A stretch of 64,000 nt of DNA from an uncultured Bacteroidota bacterium. Its GTDB lineage: Bacteria; Bacteroidota; Bacteroidia; Bacteroidales; GCA-2748055. How positions within the stretch are numbered: position 1 is the stretch's first letter; each line of letters starts with the position of its first letter. Of this stretch, positions 56,537-64,000 are shown piece after piece. A program made the translations under genes and the position numbers. The stretch lies in NCBI GenBank assembly GCA_963735755.1, contig CAVTME010000009.1:4189-68188 (forward strand). Reading direction: 5' to 3'. Under the pieces are notes generated by a model. The model was not told where the DNA came from and did no database searches. It saw only the letters and a program-made list of their open reading frames with translations.

Positions 56537-57637
56537 ATGGATTTATATACTGACGAAAGAATTGTAATGACGCTCGATGCCGGGGGTACCAACTTTGTTT
56601 TTACGGCCATTCAGAAAGGCCAGCCCATTACCGGGGAGGTAAGAAAAGACGCCAATGCCCACGATCTGGGAAAATGCATAAACACCATCAAGGAGGGTTT
56701 TTTTGAAGTGATGCGGAAGATCCCCCGGGAGCCGGTGGCCATCAGTTTCGCATTCCCGGGTCCGGCCGATTACCCCAACGGCATCATCGGCGACCTGAAC
56801 AACCTGCCCGCATTCCGGGGAGGGGTTCCCCTGAAAGCCGTCCTGGAGGAGGAGTTCCGGATTCCGGTTTTCATTAACAATGACGGGGACCTGTATGCTT
56901 ATGGTGAAGCACTGGGGGGGATTCTCCCTGAAATCAACTCCAGGCTGGAAGAAGCCGGAAGTCCCAAAAGATACCGCAACCTGGTGGGGCTTACCCTGGG
57001 GACCGGATTCGGAGGGGGCTTTGTGAGGGATGGCCAGCTGCTTGTTGGTGACAACTCCATCGCTGCCGAAGTGTGGCTCTTCAGCAACCCATATGGTCCG
57101 GGTGTGAACGCAGAGGATGTGGTCAGTACCCGATCGGTGCAACGGGTCTATGCCGAGACAGCAGGGATTGACTATCCCAATGACCTGATGCCGAAAGATA
57201 TTTATGACATGGCTACGGGGGCCAGAGCAGGGAACCGGGAAGCTGCACTCAAAGCGTATGAAGAGACAGGCAGGGCACTGGGAGACACGGTTGCCAACCT
57301 CTTCACCTTCACCGATGGTATTGTTGTCATCGGGGGTGGTATTACCGGGGCCCGTGACCTGTATATGCCTGCAGTCATGAAGGAAGTGAACGCTCACTTC
57401 CACCCTTCGGACTCGGAACAGCTTCACCGGCTGGTTCAGAAAATATTTAACCTGGACAGCGCTGAGGAGAGCCAGGCATTTTATAAGGACTATTCTAAAG
57501 AGATCCCCGTACCCGGCTCAGATAAAACCGTTTTGTATGATCCCCTGCCCAGACTGGCCATTGCCACCAGCCGCATTGGAGCCAGCAAAGCCATTGCCCT
57601 GGGGGCCTGTGCTTTTGCCCTGAGCCAGATCAATTGA
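56537..57637 (+). CDS. ROK family sugar kinase
   Basis: LDAGGTN, INNDG and TLGTGFGGG motifs; no N-terminal HTH. Confidence 0.9.
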   Translation: MDLYTDERIVMTLDAGGTNFVFTAIQKGQPITGEVRKDANAHDLGKCINTIKEGFFEVMRKIPREPVAISFAFPGPADYPNGIIGDLNNLPAFRGGVPLKAVLEEEFRIPVFINNDGDLYAYGEALGGILPEINSRLEEAGSPKRYRNLVGLTLGTGFGGGFVRDGQLLVGDNSIAAEVWLFSNPYGPGVNAEDVVSTRSVQRVYAETAGIDYPNDLMPKDIYDMATGARAGNREAALKAYEETGRALGDTVANLFTFTDGIVVIGGGITGARDLYMPAVMKEVNAHFHPSDSEQLHRLVQKIFNLDSAEESQAFYKDYSKEIPVPGSDKTVLYDPLPRLAIATSRIGASKAIALGACAFALSQIN

Positions 57638-57685
57638 TCAGGAAAGCAGGTAGAAAGGATCTTGTAGTTTAAAACATAAAGAGAT

Positions 57686-59257
57686 ATGATCAGAATCACA
57701 CCCTTGTCACTGTTGCTTGCTGTTTTGGGAATGCTGTTTTCAGTTTCCTGTAAGCAGGCCCAAAAAAACACCCCGCCAAACATCATCTTCATCATGTCGG
57801 ATGACCATGCCTCGCATGCCATCAGTGCCTATGGGGGGATCTATGCAGATGTGGCTCCTACCCCCAATATTGACAGGCTGGCGGCAGAAGGAGCGCTTTT
57901 CACCTCTACCTTCTGCACAAACAGCATCTGTGGCCCCAGCCGTGCCAGCATACTGACTGGCAAGTACAGTCACCAGAACGGATTCTATAAAAATGAAGGA
58001 GGGGATCCTTTTGACGGCAGCCAGGTCACCTTCCCCAAACTTTTGAAGGAGGCCGGGTATACAACCGCGGTGGTGGGTAAGTGGCATTTATGGAGTGAGC
58101 CCACAGGGTTCGACTACTACAAATACCATGTACTGAATGGTGAACAGGGATCTTACTGGAACCCTGTCTACAACGAGAATGGTACCGAGGTACAGGAAAC
58201 CGGGTATGCTACGAATTTTGCAGGTGACTTTGCCCTTGATTGGCTGGAGAACAAGCGGGATACATCCAAACCCTTCTGTCTGCTCTTCCAGTTCAAAGCA
58301 CCACACCGTCCATGGTTTCCAGACAGCATCTACATGGATCTCTTTGAGGGTGTGGAGATGCCCTACCCTGAAACCTTCAACGATGATTATTCCGGAAGGG
58401 AACTTACTGCCGGAAAAACCATGATGACCATCGAAAACCACCTGACCCGGAAGGACCTGAAAATGACCCCTCCCCGGGGCTTTCCGGCAGCGATCTTTTC
58501 AGATGGGAACGAACGGGCGACAAGGGCGAACATGTTTCCCCGTCCGATACCCTCACCGGTATGGAACTGAAGAAATGGAAATACCAGAAGTACATCAAAG
58601 ATTACCTGGCCTGTGTCCGTTCGGTGGACGACAACATCGGGCGTTTGCTTGACTACCTGGATGAAACGGGACTGGCCGAAAACACCATTGTGGTGTATAC
58701 GGCTGACCAGGGATTTTACCTGGGCGACCATGGCTGGTACGACAAACGATTCATGTACGAAGAATCCCTGCGCATGCCTCTGATCATCAGGCATCCCGGC
58801 AGCATTGAACCCGGGCAAAAACTTGATCAGATGACACTCAATGTGGACTTTGCCCCCACCCTGCTTGACATGGCAGGTTTGGGGGTTCCTGATGAAATGC
58901 AGGGTGAAAGTTTTGCTCCGCTGCTGCAGGGAGAAGATATACGGGAACTGGCGGGATGCCGTCTATTATCACTATTACGAATATCCCAAATGGCATAATG
59001 TGCAGCCTCATTACGGAATCCGAACCGACCGATATAAACTAATCCATTTCTACTATCAACATTGATGTATGGGAGCTATACAACCTTCAGGAGGATCCCA
59101 ATGAACTTCACAACCTCTACAACGATCCGGCGCAGGAGGCATTGATCCGCACCCTGAAGGAGGAATTAAAGTCATCTGCAACAGACAGTATGGAGATGAC
59201 ATTACCCTGGAGGAGATGAGAGAGGTAACCCGAAAAGGCATGGTGGAATATGAGTAG
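57686..59257 (+). CDS. Cys-type sulfatase lipoprotein (GlcNAc-6-sulfatase-like), frameshifted
   Basis: SVSC lipobox; [27 protein letters not shown] and DKRFMYEES motifs. Confidence 0.9.
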
Positions 59258-59296
59258 CATTTCTGACAATATCACCGATTCAAATATCCGAATGCG

Positions 59297-61048
59297 ATGA
59301 AACCAAAAATTCAATTCCTGACAGTTCTTGTATTTATGCTCATCTCAGCCACATGGGCCATGGCACAACCCAATGTGGTGGTGATCCTCGCCGATGACCA
59401 GGGCTGGGGTGACCTGAGTATTCAGGGAAATACCAACCTTTCCACCCCCCATGTGGATCAGCTGGCAGCCGATGGGGCCAGGCTGCAACACTTTTTTGTG
59501 GCACCCGTATGCTCGCCCACCCGGGCCGAGTTTCTTACAGGGCGTTACTCCCAAAGGCCGGGTGTTTCCTACATTGACCACGGTCAGGAACGAATGAACC
59601 TGGGTGAAGCTGACCATCGCCAACCTTTTTAAAGATGCCGGATATGCCACCGGGGTATTCGGAAAGTGGCACAATGGTGCCAGTTACCCCTACCACCCCA
59701 CCGGAAGAGGCTTCGACCAGTCTTACGGGATGATCGAAGGATCCTGGGCCAACTACTTCAGTCCCCTGCTGGACAGCTGTGGCAAAGTGGTAAAGGGAGA
59801 TGGTTTCACTGCCGACGATTTCACCAACAGGGCCATGGCTTTTATTGAAAACAACAAAAACCAGCCCTTCTTCTGCTATATTCCATACAACACACCCCAT
59901 ACACCTCTCCAGGTTCCCGATGAGTACTGGAACAGGTTTAAGGACAAGGAAATCTTATGCGCCATCACTATAAGGAAGAAAGGGATGATTATACCCGGGC
60001 AGTACTGGCCATGTGCGAGAACATCGACTGGAATGTGGGACGCCTGCTGCAACAACTGGATGACCTGGGTCTCACAGAGAATACCATTGTGGTGTATTTC
60101 AGCGACAACGGCCCTAACTTTTACCGGTGGATTGATGGATTGCGCGACCGCAAGGCCTCCACCAACGAGGGGGGGACAAGGGTTCCCATGTTTATGCGAT
60201 GGCCGGGCCACATCCCTGCAGGCAAATCCATCCCGAAATTTCCTCGGTCATCGACCTTCTGCCCACACTGGCTGATCTGGCAGGGATCTCTGCCAGTGTC
60301 CCCGATTCCGTGGACGGGATCAGTATTGCTCCGCTTTTACAGGAGATCCGGACAATTGGGAAGAACGAACCATCATCAATGCATGGAGGGATAAGATAAG
60401 CGTCCGCAACCAGCGCTTCGCCTGGACTTATCTGGGAAACCTGTATGACATGGAAAATGATCCGGGACAGAACATCATCGTCAATGAAACCTATCCTGAA
60501 GTTTTGTCAGAACTGACTGCTGCGGCAAACAGATTCAGGTCGGAACTGATGTCCCTTAAGTCCCCTCCCCGACCCCATACCATCGGCCATCCCGATTCGA
60601 ATTACAATAACCTGCCCGTAGGCCTTGCACAATTTCGAGGAGGCATTGAACGGTCCAACAGGTGGACCAATTGTTCATTCCTGACAAATGGAGTTCCACA
60701 GACGATCGCATTAGCTATGATGTGGAAGTCCAGGGAGAAGGCACCTTTCAAGCCGCCCTTTATTATACCTGCCCTCCCGCGGATGTGGGTTCCCTTATCA
60801 GGCTGAGTGTGAACGGAAACACCGTTGAAGCCCGTGTAGCGAAAGGCCATGACCCGCCCCTGACTGGAATGGAAAATGACCGGGTTCCACGGACCGAATC
60901 CTACGAGAAAGACTGGGCTGTCCTGGATATGGGCCCCATTAAACTGGAGCCTGGAAAAGGTACACTTACCCTGGAGGCACTTGAGATCCCGGGTAAAACG
61001 GTCCTGGACCTTCATTGGCTTACCCTTACCAGATCAAACACGAATTAA
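59297..61048 (+). CDS. Cys-type arylsulfatase, frameshifted
   Basis: [24 protein letters not shown] and SDNG motifs. Confidence 0.9.
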
Positions 61049-64000
61049 ATGAGACATACACTCCTTATTGGAATTACGCTGCTGGCATGCAATATCGTCA
61101 CCGCACAAAACACCAAAAGCCTTGAGTTGACACGACCGGCAGATGGTGCTGCAATTACTAACAACATGCCCTCGCTTACCTGGACGCCCATGGAAGGTTT
61201 TACTTTTGATGTATGGATCGATGGAATTCAAATGGGATCGGCCATCAATGAAAACTGGTTTATTCCCTTCCCTTTGTCCTATGGGAAACACCATTGGAAG
61301 GTAGTAGCCATCAAGGGAAACGCGGAGGTTTCAAGTCAAACGGGTGCGTTTACCATCCAGGGAGAACCCCTCTCCCCGATCCCTGCAAATGCGGTGCTGC
61401 TTCGCAAAAACTGGAAGGTGATATCATCCCTCCTTGCCGGCAATGATGGCGCTGCCCTTTCAGGGAAAAAGGTGAAGCTTAAAAACTGGAAAAGCACCAG
61501 TATTCCGGCCACAGCACTGTCGGTGATGGTGCGCAATGGACTGTATCCCAATCCTTACCTGGGTACCAACAACATGGAAATACCAGATTTAAGTGATGCA
61601 TTCAATGAAAAGTACGACCTCATCCAATACAGTCATATTGAAGGCAAAAATCCCTGGCAGTCTCCCTACTGGTACCGCAAGACGTTTGAAATACCGGCTG
61701 ACTATTCCGGGAAGACAATCTGGCTGAACCTGGGCGAAATAAATTACCGGGCGGAGGTCTGGCTCAACGGCAAACAGTTGGCCGATACATCCCAGGTGGT
61801 TGGCATGGAGCGTATGTTCAGGTTTGATATTACTGATCTTGCCAACAAAAAGGAGACAATGCCCTGGCCATTGCCATCTATCCCCCCGATCACCCGGGCG
61901 TACCTGCCGATGCAGCCATCACTCCACTGGCTCCCCCGGGACTGAACATGGCCGACGGGATGATCAGCAAGGATTACACCCGTTGGGATGTGATTGGCTG
62001 GGACTGGATCCCTGCCGTTCGTGACCGTGACATGGGGATCACGGAGGATGTATATCTATGCGCCACCGATGAGATTGAACTGGACAATCTCTATGTGACT
62101 TCTGACCTTCCCCTTCCTAGCACTGCCTTTGCAGATGTAACCCTGTCCGCCGATCTGGTCAACCACTCCTCACGAACCATGGAGGGGATCATAACGGCGA
62201 CCATCTCAGGTGATGGTGGAGCAATCGTTTTAGAACAACCGTTTCATGTGGAAGCCAATGATACCCTGGAACTCTTCTGGGATAAGAAAAACATGCCCCA
62301 GTTGCACATCAAGAATCCTGAACTCTGGTGGCCCCTGGGTTATGGGGATCCGGCACTGTACACCCTATCCATTGAAGCAAAAAGTCAAAACGACCGGGTC
62401 GAAGAAGAGATCAAATTTGGAATCCGCGAGGTGGAAACCTATATGGGAGCCAATGAAAGGGTGTACAAGATCAACGGAAAGGAGATCTATATTAAAGGGG
62501 GAAACTGGGTCCTGGATATGATGCTCAACTGGACCAAAAGCAGGTATGAGGAGGAGATCCTGCTGACCAAACATGCCAACCTGAACATGCTCAGGGTCTG
62601 GGGACCCACCGGAGCTCCTCCTGAATCTTTCTATGATTTTGCTGATGAACACGGGATCCTGATATGGCAGGATTTTCTGAATGATTTCTGGGGGACCTTC
62701 AGAAATACCCCGGGTATGAGCCCGGAAGAGTCGCTTTTTGAAAAAGCCACTGTGGAGATTGTGAAACGATACCGGAATCATCCCTCACTGATTATCTGGT
62801 GTGGCGGCAATGAAGGTCCCAATCCCAAAGAAGAACTGATCATGAATAGAATCCTCCCCAGGAATGACGGAAGAGACTCCAAACACTACCTGAAAATATC
62901 AAACGGAGATGGCCTGCACGGTGGCGGGCCCTATCATACAATTCTTCCTGAGGAATACTTCAGCGAACCGAAACTATCAGGTTTCAGCAGTGAGATCGGA
63001 CCCAGCGGTGTTCCGGAGTATGAATCGGTCAAAAAATTTATGCCTGAACGGGGTGAAACATGGAAACCGGGACGATTTCCCCTGGATGGCGTTTGGGCCT
63101 ATCACGATGCCATCAACTTTTCTGGCAGTGACAAACGCAAGTTTACCCACTACGACGATATTGTACGAAACCTTTACGGCGCTCCCGATTCCACCCATGC
63201 AGGGATCAAGAACTACCTGGACAAATGTCAGTTTGTGAATCATGATGTTTACAGGGCCTGCATGGAGGCCGTCAATTCACAGTTGTGGGCCAATTCCAGC
63301 GGAATCCTGCTGTGGAAATCAAATTCTGCCTGGCCCAGTGTGGTCTGGCAGGTGTACGACTGGTACCTCCAGGCCCATGCCGGCTTTTATGCCATCAGGA
63401 AATCTGCAGCACCACAATATGTCCAGTTCAACCGGAGGAGCCATCAGATCGAGGTGTTAAATGCCTCCCTGGATGCTCTCAGTCAGACCAGGGTAAAGGC
63501 CGCACTCTACAATGAGAATCTTTCAAAAATCTGGGATGCATCATGTTCAATGGACCTGGGTCCCAATTCGGTGTATGAACTGGATGGAACAGTTCCTTTG
63601 ACGGAGGAGGTCTGCTACCTGAAGCTTGAGATGAAGGATCCTTCGGGAGAATTGATTTCGGATAATTTCTACTGGCTAAGCACAACGAATGATTTCAATT
63701 CATTCAACAAAATGCAGAAACCTGTCCTTGAGGTAGTTGCGAAAGACGTCGAATCTGAGAGCGGTCGCACAGCTTATTCGGTTTCCATTTCAAATGATGG
63801 TGAGGAACTGGCACTGATGACCCGGCTGAAACTTATTGATCCCGTTTCAGGCCTGGAGCTACTCCCCTCCTACTGGTCAGACAATTATCTCTCCATCCTT
63901 CCCGGGGAGCAGAAATCCATACAGGTGGAAGTGGCTTCCAACAACCTGCCCGACCACGTGGTGCTTGACTACAAAGCATTCAATATGAAAGAATCCCAGA
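61049..64000 (+). CDS. GH2 glycoside hydrolase (exo-beta-glucosaminidase/beta-mannosidase type); frameshift near 61855; runs off the window
   Basis: YWYRK and INYRAEVWLNG; read directly from the DNA beyond the shift: GWDWIP, KGGNW, NMLRVWG, RNHPSL..WCGGNE and SEIG. Confidence 0.88.

Noticed and set aside
54666-57427. Long antisense ORFs (227 aa and 294 aa)
   Set aside because: They are shadows of well-supported aldo/keto reductase and ROK genes and have no protein-like motifs.

Overview
Bacteroidota (Bacteroidales-like) chromosomal DNA, judged from T9SS C-terminal sorting domains, TAnnTTTG promoter elements and MacB-type permease pairs. Positions 1-38.9 kb hold a large, mixed-orientation Wzx/Wzy-type exopolysaccharide (EPS)/capsule locus. 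It encodes a priming sugar transferase, Wza, Wzc, Wzx, Wzy, seven glycosyltransferases, a CDP-sugar/C-methyltransferase cassette, two MBOAT+SGNH-like O-acylation pairs and an acyltransferase-3. Four large secreted modular proteins are embedded in it: two SGNH esterases on FN3 or Ig stalks, a PL14-like/FN3/LamG protein and a LamG/Ig protein. Three of these carry visible T9SS sorting domains, and one carries at least 9 near-identical 273-bp FN3 repeats running off the window edge. A SiaC-unknown-SiaC trio is divergent from the EPS promoter. The right third holds Tat-exported sugar enzymes, flavin reductase-rubredoxin plus rubrerythrin, a sigma-54 two-component system with a readable -24/-12 promoter and enhancer sites driving two ABC permeases, and an MFS-ROK-sulfatase-sulfatase-GH2 cluster. 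Many genes at 16-27 kb and 34-62 kb are broken by small indels. These look like uncorrected long-read errors, so their boundaries are reconstructed by eye. No rRNA, tRNA, CRISPR array or mobile element was recognised. All family assignments come from motif recognition, not database searches.
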